64,000 nt of DNA from Klebsormidium nitens (taxonomy: Eukaryota; Plantae; Klebsormidiophyceae), in contig DF237449.1 in assembly GCA_000708835.1 (NCBI GenBank), positions 1 to 64,000 on the forward strand, written 5' to 3'. Below the pieces are notes generated by a model. The model saw nothing but the letters and a program-made list of their open reading frames with translations, had not been told where the DNA came from and did not search any database. Below, in pieces: positions 11,645 through 23,200 of the stretch. Numbering within the stretch: position 1 is the first letter of the stretch; the number at the start of each line of letters is the position of its first letter. The position numbers and the translations under genes are program-made.

Positions 11645-12977
11645 ATGGATCCCCCAAAGTTTGATCCAGGGGCACTAGAGGCGCCACCAACGACACAAGT
11701 TCGCAAGGACCTCGGATTCTGGAAGCGCTTCTTCCGCCAGAAGGAGGCGGTGACTGGCCTAGTTCTGACCAGCGCGTGCCTCTTCCTGTCGCTTCGAATC
11801 ATGAACGACAAGAAGCGCATCGAAGCTGGGACAGCAGAATGGGAGAAGGTGAACAAAGAAGTGGAGAGTAGGAGGGAGGAGAGTGCGCGGTTAGCGGAGG
11901 AGAACAGGGGGCTGCGCACTGCTTTGGACGGGTTGAGAGAGCGGGTTTTGAATGAAGTGAGGATGAATGGGCGGAAGCTGCCACCATTGGAAGCGCGGGT
12001 CGGAACAGTGTTTGCAGAAGCGGAGTCAAAGTCACAGGTCGCGGTGCCGGAAGGGAGAGAAACAGAAAATACGGGTCAAGGTAAGGCGCCAGCCAAATTA
12101 TATGTTACTTTTGCATGATGTGCGTATGTTGTTGTGGAAGATTGTTGTCGGATCCAGGGTGCAAGGTTGATCCAGGGGCCTCAAGGTGCCAAGCAGGAAA
12201 TCAATCAGCTCAGCATTAGAGCTTAAAGAAGTCCGAGGTACTCGATTATAGATTTGTGTTCTGCAGTTTCTAGGTGCTTCTGTTTGGCTCTCATGTTAGC
12301 GGTTCTGTTTGGCTTGTTGATTCATCTGGCTCATGTGGTTGGCACTTTTTAAGCCCGTAGTGGGGCAGCCAACGTGGTACTTTTGTCATTTGGTGAATGT
12401 AAGCGAACTCTCATGCATCAACGTGCAAGCCATTGGGATTTCTTAGACTCAGGGTGCTGCTTGCCCTTGGGACAGGGTGCTGGCTGTTTGACATGGGTCG
12501 AAACTTTGTGCAACGCTGGGTTTGAGAAGCGACCAGAGGAAGACTCGAGCTAATTGAATTTGCAGTCAAAAGTCACTGCGACATACCTCAAAGTCCTACC
12601 GTCAGGGGGTAATGAATGCCCCCTCTCCTCCCTATTTTGGGGCTCATCAGGTCTTTATGTCATTCTCAGCAGCTGTAGCAGCTTCCTTCTTGATTTTGCA
12701 CTCACTGGGCTCAATTGGCCGAACTAGAGTTTCAAGCATTGTTTTGACTGCACGTCAGAGTATTAGAGACAAGCTTTTACATACTTGTCTGGGCTTGGTA
12801 GCACCCATGTCTTATCTATACAGTTTTCTTGCTTGAATGTGGTAAAAACGGGAAGGACAACCATTGCCTGTTGATTGCTTGTTGTGTTTGAATCATCCAT
12901 TCTTCTAGCCAAATCGACCCTTCTCTGATGCAGAAAGCAGACAGCTCACGAAGTCGAAGAAGGGGTTCTTTGTCTGA
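11645..12977 (+). CDS. Small single-TM coiled-coil protein of unknown function (exons 11645-12080 and probably 12934-12977)
   Basis: GC-rich ORF MDPPKF...FWKRFFRQKEAVTGLVLTSACLFLSLRIMND (hydrophobic stretch) then heptad-like E/R-rich region. Donor CAAG|GTAAGG at 12080/81; phase-compatible acceptor TGCAG| at 12933/34 gives a terminal ...ESRQLTKSKKGFFV*. Exon 2 is tentative. Confidence 0.7.
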
Positions 12978-14419
12978 TCTACAAGCTTGATCCACACAAG
13001 AAGACTGTTGACACCAAGATGGACGTGTCAGTTCCTTCTACCAACGAAATGGTGGCTCGTGCGCTTGAAGAACGGAATCTAAGCGCAACATGAGCTTCTC
13101 GGTTTTTCCAAGTATTGGATAGAAACAGGCTACAAGGCGCTTGGACAGCTTCAACAGTCCACTAGGTACTGTGTGGAACAATGCAAAGCTTTGCGTGCCA
13201 AAATGCCTTCGCTACGGTGAGAATTCCACATCCTACCAAGGCATGACGCACCTCTGCATTTCCCTGCGATCTCACCACGATTAGTGGCCATGTGCCAGCA
13301 TGTATACAACTTATGGAGGTGATTCACTGCTGTGTTACTTGCTTGTGCTCCGAGACTGGGACGATGCTCCGACTGTATGGGCATGTACATGCATATCCGG
13401 GCCCAACACCTGCATGGCGACTTGGGGCTTGGAACTAATTGAAGTGAAAACCGCACGAGTCAGCAACCACTAGCTCGAGGATCGTACCCATGATGCATGA
13501 CGCTAGAGCAATTTAACTTGATATTGCCAAGTCGAGACTTCGATTCTCCGCAGAATTCCACCCATGACATGAGGCAAATATGTCTTCAATCCGCCTCCGC
13601 TCTCAAAGTGACTACTTTTCATGAAGGAAACTTTGAGAGAACAAGTTGGTAGAGCTTCAACATGGACTGCAGCTTGCATTTCGCAAGTTCCGACTTGGGC
13701 GGGCTGAGGAAGAGCATCATATGCAGATTCCTGAATCGGACTCACCAAGTGCAGGATGCCAATGGCTGTACGTGCTGGCTGTGCAGTCACAATAACGAGT
13801 GCTCAGTCACATTGCTCACTGCTCAGGAGTCAGGGCCGCTCGCGCTTTCGATTTCTGAAAGCGGACCGCTCGATCGGACGGTCGGCGAGCCGCACGACTT
13901 GGATCGGACGTCATCCAAGCAAAGGAATCCCCCGGAATCTGAGGTCCTGCGACATGTCAACAGCATTTTAGGTAGATTCAAGAGTCAAGACTCGAACTCC
14001 GAGTGCTCAGCTGGAACTCAAAAGCCTCTCGAAAGAGGACCTTGCATTCTGATGGAAGTTGGCTGCCCTGCTTGAGAGCTCTCTGTAACGAGTCCTCTTG
14101 TGCCCTCGAGGAAGGCAGAAACGCACAGCAAAGACTATAGGATGGGGTGCATCCGGCAGCGCGCTTTTGCTTGGAAGGTGATGATGAAGCGATTGGATAT
14201 GAAGCCCAGCAAGGCACCGGGGCACTTTCACTAGAGGAGTACGCATTTCAAGCACAGAGACCGAGCAGCTTCCGCCTTGGACAATGTGCATGCAAATGAA
14301 GCCGATCACAGACTGGGAGGTGAATTTGACACTCAAGGTGCCAACTTTATGTCGTCACCTGCTGAACCTCCAGCAGTAGGAAGAATCTACTTGACTGTCC
14401 GAGGGTGCGCTCCTTCCAA

Positions 14420-15982
14420 ATGGAGGCGGTGCTGCCAAAGTCAGGTGCAAGCTGCACAAAGCAGCTGGGAAAACACTGGATCCTTGTGACGCTTAGCATT
14501 CTTCTGAGCTCTCTGGTGATTTCGGTCCTCCGCGGTGCTCTTCTTCGGGATCTGGAAGGGTGTCCTTATGCATTTACGGTTCTGTCTAACGCGCAAGGAG
14601 TTGAGACAGAAGTAGTGCAGAAGCACCGTCCCATTTACGCGGGGATGAATATGACATGTTATGTAAATCGCTGTCAGTCTTTGAGTAATGAAGGGAACAA
14701 TACACAGGGAGCCGTTGATCATTCTGGCTTGCAGCAGCAGGGGCAGTCAAAAAGAGAGTCAAACAATGCTGATGGACATGAAGCAAGCACAAAAGGAGAT
14801 CAATTGGAAGCTGCTCTGAAAGTGGCACGAAAGGAGGCAATTGAACCAACGGTGGATCAGCGGGGTCCTCCTGGGGGAGAAAGTAATGATTCAGTTGGCA
14901 TTGAAGAAAGCACTAGAGAACTAGGTCGACCGGTTGTTCCTCTAAACACTGCAGAAGAGACAGCAGCGTCGCAGAGGCAGGGCCCTCCTGATGGAGAAAG
15001 TGATGATTCAGATAGCCCAGAAGTAGATGAAGCATTAGCAGTAGAAGAGGTAGATGAGGCATTAGCTGTAGAAGAGGCAGCAGGCCAATCGGCGTCGCTT
15101 CAGGAGGGGCCTCCTGATGAAGAGAGGAACGATCTGGGGGAGGCAAAAGCAAGCACAGAAACTGATCAGCTCGTAGCTAGTCTGGAACTCGCGCGGCGCC
15201 CTTCCCTGTACATCTTTTCAGCGCACCATTGGGACGCTAACATCGAGAACGAGTTTGAGCACCTCGTTTCAGATGTCGGTCCAGAAAATGCTTTTCTCCT
15301 TTTTGACGAAACCCATGAAAGATACTCTGGAAAGTGGCAGAACGTCTTTCACCTCAGGGACGGCTCGTACGCGTTTCGAGCGAGGACTGAGAGTGTGGCA
15401 GATCTAGGGCCGCTAGTGCTGCTTACGAACACTGAAGAGCTGACGGCAGGGAGCAATCTCTTTCATGACAGCTGGACTACAGTCCATGGAAAATTGGTTC
15501 TTGTCTACCGAGCTGTCCTTGTGGCGAACCGCTTTGAGTACGTATGGGTCATAGAGTCTGACGTCCGGTGTAAGGGTTCGTACAAGCATAGTCTAGAGAA
15601 GGCAGATAGTCTTAGTCATGACATCTTGGGTCGAGAGTTGAAGGTATACGGGGAGGAGAACAAAGATTGGGAACACTGGGAAGACTTGGAGGGTCCTGTA
15701 GAATTACGCAAACGCGTAGCTCTCTTCCTGCCTGTGATGCGACTCTCAAGGTTTGCCTTTGAGATACTCAGCACGGCAGATCACGACGGCACGATACGAG
15801 GGTATCAAGAAATCTACATACCAACAATACTTTCAGCATATGGAGGCACTCTTGGAGAGCTGCCTGAAGGTATGTTTGGGGTCTTTCAGTTTAGGCCAAA
15901 GTTGTCAAACGGAGAGTACGGGCATTTGAGTACATCACCAGGAGCAGTAAACATTCTGTATCACCCAGTGTTAGATGATTGA
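14420..15982 (+). CDS. Intronless type II membrane protein with acidic repeat stalk and C-terminal DUF3405-like (putative glycosyltransferase-like) domain
   Basis: ~520-aa uninterrupted ORF from the ATG at 14420, with N-terminal TM WILVTLSILLSSLVISVL. C-terminal motifs FEYVWVIESDVRCKG, LFLPVMRLSRFA and GYQEIYIPTIL resemble the DUF3405 pattern (Y.W..E.DVR..G / F.P..RLS / G..E...PT.L) as recalled, not searched. Confidence 0.75.
   Translation: MEAVLPKSGASCTKQLGKHWILVTLSILLSSLVISVLRGALLRDLEGCPYAFTVLSNAQGVETEVVQKHRPIYAGMNMTCYVNRCQSLSNEGNNTQGAVDHSGLQQQGQSKRESNNADGHEASTKGDQLEAALKVARKEAIEPTVDQRGPPGGESNDSVGIEESTRELGRPVVPLNTAEETAASQRQGPPDGESDDSDSPEVDEALAVEEVDEALAVEEAAGQSASLQEGPPDEERNDLGEAKASTETDQLVASLELARRPSLYIFSAHHWDANIENEFEHLVSDVGPENAFLLFDETHERYSGKWQNVFHLRDGSYAFRARTESVADLGPLVLLTNTEELTAGSNLFHDSWTTVHGKLVLVYRAVLVANRFEYVWVIESDVRCKGSYKHSLEKADSLSHDILGRELKVYGEENKDWEHWEDLEGPVELRKRVALFLPVMRLSRFAFEILSTADHDGTIRGYQEIYIPTILSAYGGTLGELPEGMFGVFQFRPKLSNGEYGHLSTSPGAVNILYHPVLDD
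14790..15195 (+). repeat. Coding internal repeats of the DUF3405-like gene
   Basis: Three imperfect Q.GPP(G/D)(G/E)E..D units, a 27-bp tandem EVDEALAVE x2 (~15020-15077), and paired DQLEAALKVARK / DQLVASLELARR blocks. Confidence 0.8.
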
Positions 15983-17292
15983 TGAATCTTTTGTGTATAC
16001 GGTACACTAGCTGGTCAAACAAATTGCGGTAATTCAACCGTCACAGCCAGGCTTCTTTTGCCCTACTTGAGCTGATCAAGGTCAAGTTATTCAAATAAGT
16101 TCAGGTCACAAACGTGAGGCCGGGCAGCTCTAGGTTAGCTTCTCTCTATCGATGGCGACTATGCCTCATACAACATCTGAAGAAGGAAAAACGCAGATGA
16201 CCATGGGGAACCACTGAGTTCTCTCAGTAATTTAAGCCAGCAATGTCGGAAGAGCATATGGCTGTTTATGCGACATTCCGAATCATACCGGGTCGTCACG
16301 GCAACGGTGTACGATAGACATTCCGGCCCCGGGAGCAGGCCTCATGCAGATGGGGGTCGAGTTTTCATACAGCCTAAAAAGAGGGGAACATTACCGTACA
16401 TAATTGACGAGCTAGCTGCCTACCAGCCTCGACATGGTGCGAGCTTTCAAGTTTCGATTGCTTGTGACCATCAAAGTCATATGTCTACATGGTTTGAAGA
16501 ATGAAGTCGAGTTGTTTGGAGATAGATGATATGATAGCACGTCCGACCGCGACATGTCAGTGCGGATCGATCGCGAGCTCGAATCCAACGTGCACGTGCG
16601 TAGTACCCGGAGACTGCACATGGCGCGGGAGGCCTGAGTCACGGTTGCAGCTTACTGCATGATAGTGAAGTTGCTAGTATACAATTACCGACGGTCACAT
16701 GCAATCATGCACATGTGCCGCTGCGGCCAGAGGAATACGCCGGCACGGAGGCCCTTCTGTCTGGCCGGGCCACACAGATTGGGAATTTTGATTGTGAAAA
16801 AGTCTTGGTGCACTTATACACGTACGTATATGGTATCTCTAGGTCACATGGTATACACGTCATGCGACAAAGATTCGCGAATGTAGACGCGTCTTACTGT
16901 TTGTGTCCATGATATCGGGTTGCTAAGATACGCTCACGGCTGCCGAGTCAGACCCGATCCAAAGGGTACCGTTGGCGTCGTTCAGGTGATATGAAGAAAG
17001 CAACACAAAAGCTGGTTAATCTGTGGCTTCAACAAATGTGCAGCCTACCTTGATGATTCGCAACGGAACAGTAAATTGTCTGACTTCAGCAGACTTTTGT
17101 CGAAGCTCAAACCACTCTACCAACGTCCTACTAGGGCAGCAATTTCTAGTTTTCTATCGAAACCTCATCTCATGCAGACTACAAGCCCCGCATCACAACT
17201 CTGCACCAACCCGCCAATGCGGTACAATCAATAGTATTTATGTTCAGAGTAGAAAGAAAGAAAGACTTCCTAATCGCTAACCAAGATCTGTA

Positions 17293-20200
17293 CTACCGCT
17301 TCCTGCCTGCGAGAATACGAGAGATTTGCAGGCCACGGCTGAAGGCCGTGTTGAACAGCAGCCTGGTCTGGATGGTGGAGACGAAGGGCAGCCAGGCGAG
17401 AACGGCGACGGGGGCGAAAATAACGATCCCCATCCCGTACTCGTAGGTCCTGGCCATAGGCTTCACAGAGTCCCACAGCCCGAGCGTCTTGAGGGCTGGC
17501 TTGAAGACCAGGGAGATCTGAAAAAGAGCAATGAGCGACGGCACGTTCAGTTTGCGAAGATGTATACGGTTGTGCTCAGCGATTGTGAGGGGACGGAAGG
17601 TAAAAAAAGAAGCATCTTCCTGTGTTGGCCGACGCCCTTGAGCACAACTCAAGCGACACGGGAAAGCGCGTGTTGAGAACTACCGAACTTCGCGCCGAAA
17701 GCAAAGGGTCGCTCGCATCTGCCATTGGGAAGAAAGCCAAACAGCTTTTAGTAAATGCGAGATAGTTTGAAGATCCCCAATACGTTCCCTGCTCCAGGGG
17801 GTGAACGCTCGGAGCGCGTGCGCCTAAGGTCTGGCATGATACTCAGACGATGAAAGTACGAACAAGCTGCAACGTCGTAGGTGAGAGTCGGGGGACCGAT
17901 GCTACCTCAGGCGACCAGATCGCCTCCACCTAGGGCCAGATTGGTCGCCGACGGCAAACTTTACGATTATTTGTGGGTCATCGAATGACTCTTCGTGGGG
18001 CATTGGATGACCCGTTCCCCCAAGACTCCCTTGCAATTGTGCGCTTTAAAAGCAGACACCCGTTTTAACACTCACCGACAAGAGGCCCCAGCCCGTGGGC
18101 ACGAACGCGAGGATCGACGAGAAAAGGTCGCGGAACGTGAGGCGCGTGAAGATGAGGCAGAGGCTGATGATCACGATGGCCGCAATGAACGCGAGCGCCT
18201 TGACCAGGCGGAACATGAGCTGGAAGTCGGCGCTGAAGCGCTTGCGCCCGAAGGACACAATCTTGAGCAAGATGAGGACCGCGGCAACCACGATCCACGA
18301 GACGGCGTACACCTACGGAGGAAAAGGTTCGACTCGTTAAACAGTCACCTACTGGGTTTGGCTGAGAAGCCTTAGAGTTTGGCTAACACGCTGTCAGGTT
18401 TGGCAAAGACCCTGACTCAAAGGTTCAAGCGCTCTGCACCCGTACTCACCTCAGCCCTCTTGAGAAACCGGCACGTCCCGAGTACTTATGACCGAGTTTG
18501 AGATATACTCAAATCAACCGGAAATTCATTAAAGCGGAGGACCCTACTCGAGGTTGCATCGAGCAGACTTCATATCGTACATGACATCTAAACAAGCATT
18601 GGGCAAGAGGTTGGCGCGTAGCGAACGGAGTAGGTTGCAAACACGGAGTCGCCCTCCGGGTGAACGCCGCCAATCGGACGAAATGTCAGCTTCCTCAATA
18701 CAGATTGCCCCCACAAAACCCACGGGTCTCGCACGAGCCCAGCCAATAAACTCACCCAGCCCGCCTTGTTGCCGTGCGTGACGTTCATCTGGTACACAAC
18801 TCCGTACTGGAAGAGGAAGAAGCGCAGCGAGAGCGCGACCTCCCACAGCTTCCCCCAGAAGCCGGTGTACTGCAGGTGCTCCTGCTCCTCCGCCCACCAC
18901 GACTCCCAGCTCTCGTTCGCGCTCACGCCGATGCCGCCCTTGTGGCCCAGCCACTTGATCCAGTCCTCGTAGTCCTCCACCGTCCTGTAATAATGACACG
19001 TGTCAGCAAAGGAGTGGTGTGGTCGTGCTTGTAATTGTCCTGATGCCGCCCTTGTGGCCCAGTTGCTATCATAGTCCTCGTGGTCCTCCACCGTCCTGTA
19101 CAGGTGACACGTGTCAGAGAGGAATTCGTCGTTTAATACTGTTACTAGGCGTATCCATGGCCCCTTGTGGCCCAGCCACTTGATCCAGTCCTCGTAGTCC
19201 TCCACCGTCCTGTACAGGTGACACGTGTCAGAGAAGGATTCGTCGTTTGATACTGTTACTAGGCGTATTGATGCCCCCTTGTGGCCCAGGCGCTAATCCG
19301 TCGTTGTAGTCCTCCACCGTCCTGTACAGGTGACACGTGTCAGCAGATGAGAGGTTTTGGGGTGTGGTGATTATCGTGCACCTTCAGTGGGCGTCCTGAT
19401 GCCGCCCTTATGGGGCAGCCAAATGACCAAGTCCAGACACATCGTCACTGACTTGTAGAGCTGACACGTGGCAGCAGCATATCCAGAACTCTGATCGAGT
19501 ATGTGGTCAGTATCTAGGCCCTTGTCCACCAGCAATTGCTCCAGCTCTCATGGTCATTCAGCAATTTTGAGACCGAAGGAGGGACAATTCGACTAAGGAT
19601 TCAGCACTGACACAAATACTGTATGGTATCTGGAATGATCAGGGAGAACGCTTGGAGCGTACTGATTTTGGGTGACACATGTTGCTTAGCGGCTGCGGAG
19701 AAGAAGAAAGCGGCTTCTTAGCTACTCGGATCAATCTGCTCGGAGCTATTGAGCGAGCGAACGTGGTTTAGCTAGCCGCATATCTTAAGGTAATTGCTTG
19801 CCCTGGCACGAGCAGAATACAGTCCCATCCGCGGCTCCGTTAAGGACCTAGCGTATGCACGTCTACACCACGAAAACCCGCCTTCTTGTGGGTCCGCCGC
19901 TTTTTTACAGGAACAAGTACGGGCGCCACCGATCAAGAGGAATCAAGCTTCAAAGCTGACTCACTTTTGCCAGTCGAAGCCGGAGGGGTTGAAGACGAAG
20001 GGCGCAAAGAGCCAGGAGGCAACGAGGAAGTAGAGCGAGAAGGTGAGCAAGCCGTAGGAGGCGCCGCCCCGCTCGAAGCTGCCGTACGCCTTCCACACGA
20101 TCAGCAGCAGCAGCATCTCCAACCTGGAGGGAAAGGGTTGTAGGGTCAGAGAGTGTTTTCTAGCTAGGAAAGTGTTTCTGGGACTTCTAAAACAGGTTTG

Positions 20201-23200
20201 CAATCTGGAACCCAGACGAGTCAGCGACAGTTGACGAGCTTCATTGGGCAATGGTCTGGACAGTCGCGTTGAGTCTCAGCTAAAGACGGGTTGCTCGGAT
20301 TCCACGCAAGCCGGTTGCCGGTCACCCAAAGTAGGCACGTCAAACGAAGATGGTAAATGAAGCCAAGCAAAGTACAGTTGGAAGACTAAACTCACGCTTT
20401 GACGAAGTGGCTCCTGGAGTAGAGCCGGTAGTTCTCGGCGAACTTCTCGTGCCGCACGACGAAGCCGCGCCCAGTGGCCCGGTACTTGGCACCGCCGTGC
20501 AGGACGGTGCGCCCGAAATAGTGCGTCTTGGTGCCCAGGGAGAAGGTGAAGAAGACGGACGCAAGCTGCAGCTGCATCATGATGAAGTTCAACAGGGCCT
20601 GCAAGGAGCAAAAAGAAAGTCAAGTCAGTAGGGATTCCTTGGAGACAGAAGAGAATGAGAGGCTCAGCGAAGCGGCGATGTATTTGGAGGTGACTCCAAA
20701 CCCCCTCGAGGGTGTCTTGAGCACGTTGATGCCGCTTGCTGCACGTTGTTCAACATTGTTCTAGTTATGAGTCACTGAGAGGCGGAAGAAACTCGGTCGC
20801 AAGAACGCCTTGCCGCGATGGCTCTTTCTCGCAAACCCTACCTCTTGTCCACTTCCCCCTCTGGTTCGGTCCTTTTAAACTCCCCTTTTCAGAATCCGGT
20901 GAGATGAGAAAGGTCTCAGCAAGCTGCCCGAGGTAAGAAAAGGTAAGAAACAGAACCAAACAAGCCAACAAAGGTTCCGCCGCCCACCTGTCTGAAGCCC
21001 TGCTCCAGGCCCATCTCCATGACCATGGGCAGGCCCATGAGCAGCCCAATCTGGACGATCGAGACGGTGTTGATGGCCCCGAGCAGGGAGTTGTTCTTGG
21101 TGATTTCGGCCTCCTTTTCCAGCGAGTACTGGATGCCGCTCATGACCAGGTAGAACTTGCCGTACAGGAACGCGTACAGGCACAGCACCACCAGCTGCCA
21201 TGGGAGAAAGGTGCCGGTCAGTGAGGCTTGACATTCTGACCAGTCTAGTTCGTGTGGGACGTTTTTGCGACCGTTATTTCATTCCGGATCGTGGGAGTCT
21301 TCACAGTCATTGGGCAACTGCGAATGTGAACGAAATGGAGGCAAAGGACGAACCGACGAAACTTTTCTTATCATGGAGATACCTTCCCGAACACGAAAGA
21401 AATGTAAAAGTAAGTTTTCCTAGCTCACAAGCGGTTGCGCAGGGAACATTGTAAGGAAACCATGAGAGCCGCCCACCATAAGAAGGAAATGTCCTGATTG
21501 GAGCAGGCTGCAGCAGATTAAGCACGACGGTCTCCGTCCAGAAACCTGATTCCCTGGCCGTCTATGCACACTGAAAAGCTCACCATGGTGTTGAAGAAGA
21601 AGCCGATGGTCGTGAACCACGCGGACATCATCCGCAGGAAGTCCAGCCTGTGGCCCAGCCGGTAGATGTCCCTACTGAGCGTCTGCTCGCCGTTGCCGTT
21701 GGCCACCTTGGCCTCGAACAAAGACACCTGGTTGAGCCCCACGTCACGCCCCTTCCCGACCTGGATGTACTCGTGGTGCGTGATGTTGCCGCGGCGCAGG
21801 GTCGAGTTGAAGCCTGACGAGAGACGGGAGGGTCCAGATCAAAATGAGCGGTTTCCGCTTCTCAAGCTTTCAGAGTCAAAGGGTTCAAGTTCTTCTAAGG
21901 TCGCTGCTCTGCAGGAATGGGTTGCACAAGGCCGCAGCTGATGCTGGGTAGGAAGAACCTGGTGCATGTGTTTTTCACCGCAGTCAGGGTATTGATGGGG
22001 ACGAAAGGCCCGATCGATATTATTGCTGCTCGCAGAAGCGCAAACATTCTCGGAAGGTCTGGGAGACGTCGGAAGCCAAACACGACTTGCTTCCGGATTT
22101 CTTCACAATGAACAGAGCGTGGTAAACAGGTCAAGATGAACGAGGAGTCGCCTCGTTGTGCGCATGGAGCATGAAGGCTCACCAGCATAGATATCCTCGC
22201 TCAGGTTGATGACCCTGGAAGACTTGCTGATGCCTCCCCTTGTGATGTGGAAGAGGCGGTCGAAGACGTCGGGATGCCCGTAGTGGAACCGCACCCTGCA
22301 TGTCGAAAAGAGCGGCCATGAGCATTGAGGAGTCCGAATGAGGCATACCAAAAGCTCATGACTCCGTCTCAGTATACTCCTTATGCCAGCCAAAAGCGAG
22401 GGCGCCGAAAGAGGATCTCTGAACTGAACGACGAAAATAAAGGTCAGAGGCGTGGGCACTTGCGATTCAACGAAAGAAGGCCTTTGAATCGGACTCTGCC
22501 ACAAACAAGCACACGTTGCGACCTCGACAGATTGCCGCATCTTTGCTGGAAGCCTCACGGTAGGGCTGCCCAAGACTTACTTGAGCGGGTTGGCGAGCAC
22601 TCTCTGCCCGATGGTGACGAAGCTCATCTCCTGCTGCGACATGAACCAAGCCAGGGAGGACACGCTGCAGGTGACGGGAAGCACTATTAGCATAAAGCGG
22701 GTGAAGAGATGCGGACGGTTCTTTTTCACGTAAGAAGAAGAACTTGGCTGCGCCGGAGTCAGGTGCTGCTGCAAAGCTACCTAAAAGGAGCAGGTCGCGT
22801 TGCTACAATGGCAACAACAGCAGCAGAAACGGCAAGCCGGACTAATTGATGATTGGCTGAAAAAAATCGCTTTGGAGAAGCGCACTTCTCACCAACGTAT
22901 CCACAAGAAACACCGAAAGAGAGAAAAGACAACCTCACAAGTATCCTGTCCTACACATTCCTGCCCACTCAGCGCTCGATACAGATGTGCTCCCTGACCC
23001 CCAGCGAAAACTAAAATCTCAGCAACAACGCAGTCTGCCCACTCACCCGCCCGTGAAGATGTGCTCCCTGACCCCCAGGATTGTGGCGGGCCGGATGCCG
23101 TGGTTCTCGTGGAACTCCTGCAGCAGGTTGCGCATCTTGAACGTCTCCTCCAGGTAGTGGTCCTGGTTCATGTCGATGGTCTGGAGGGCCTCGCCGCGCG

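Noticed and set aside
13500-14400. Protein-like broken frames upstream of the DUF3405-like ORF
   Set aside because: Multiple stops, no recognisable motif and no convincing splice path into the ORF.
18588-19205. 205-aa minus ORF as an independent gene or longer exon
   Set aside because: It is CalS exon 36 plus read-through of intronic echo copies and the downstream intron; handled as a splicing finding.
18930-19474. CRISPR-like repeat-spacer appearance
   Set aside because: The repeats derive from the adjacent exon and splice site, the spacers are mutually related, the context is eukaryotic, and no cas genes are present.
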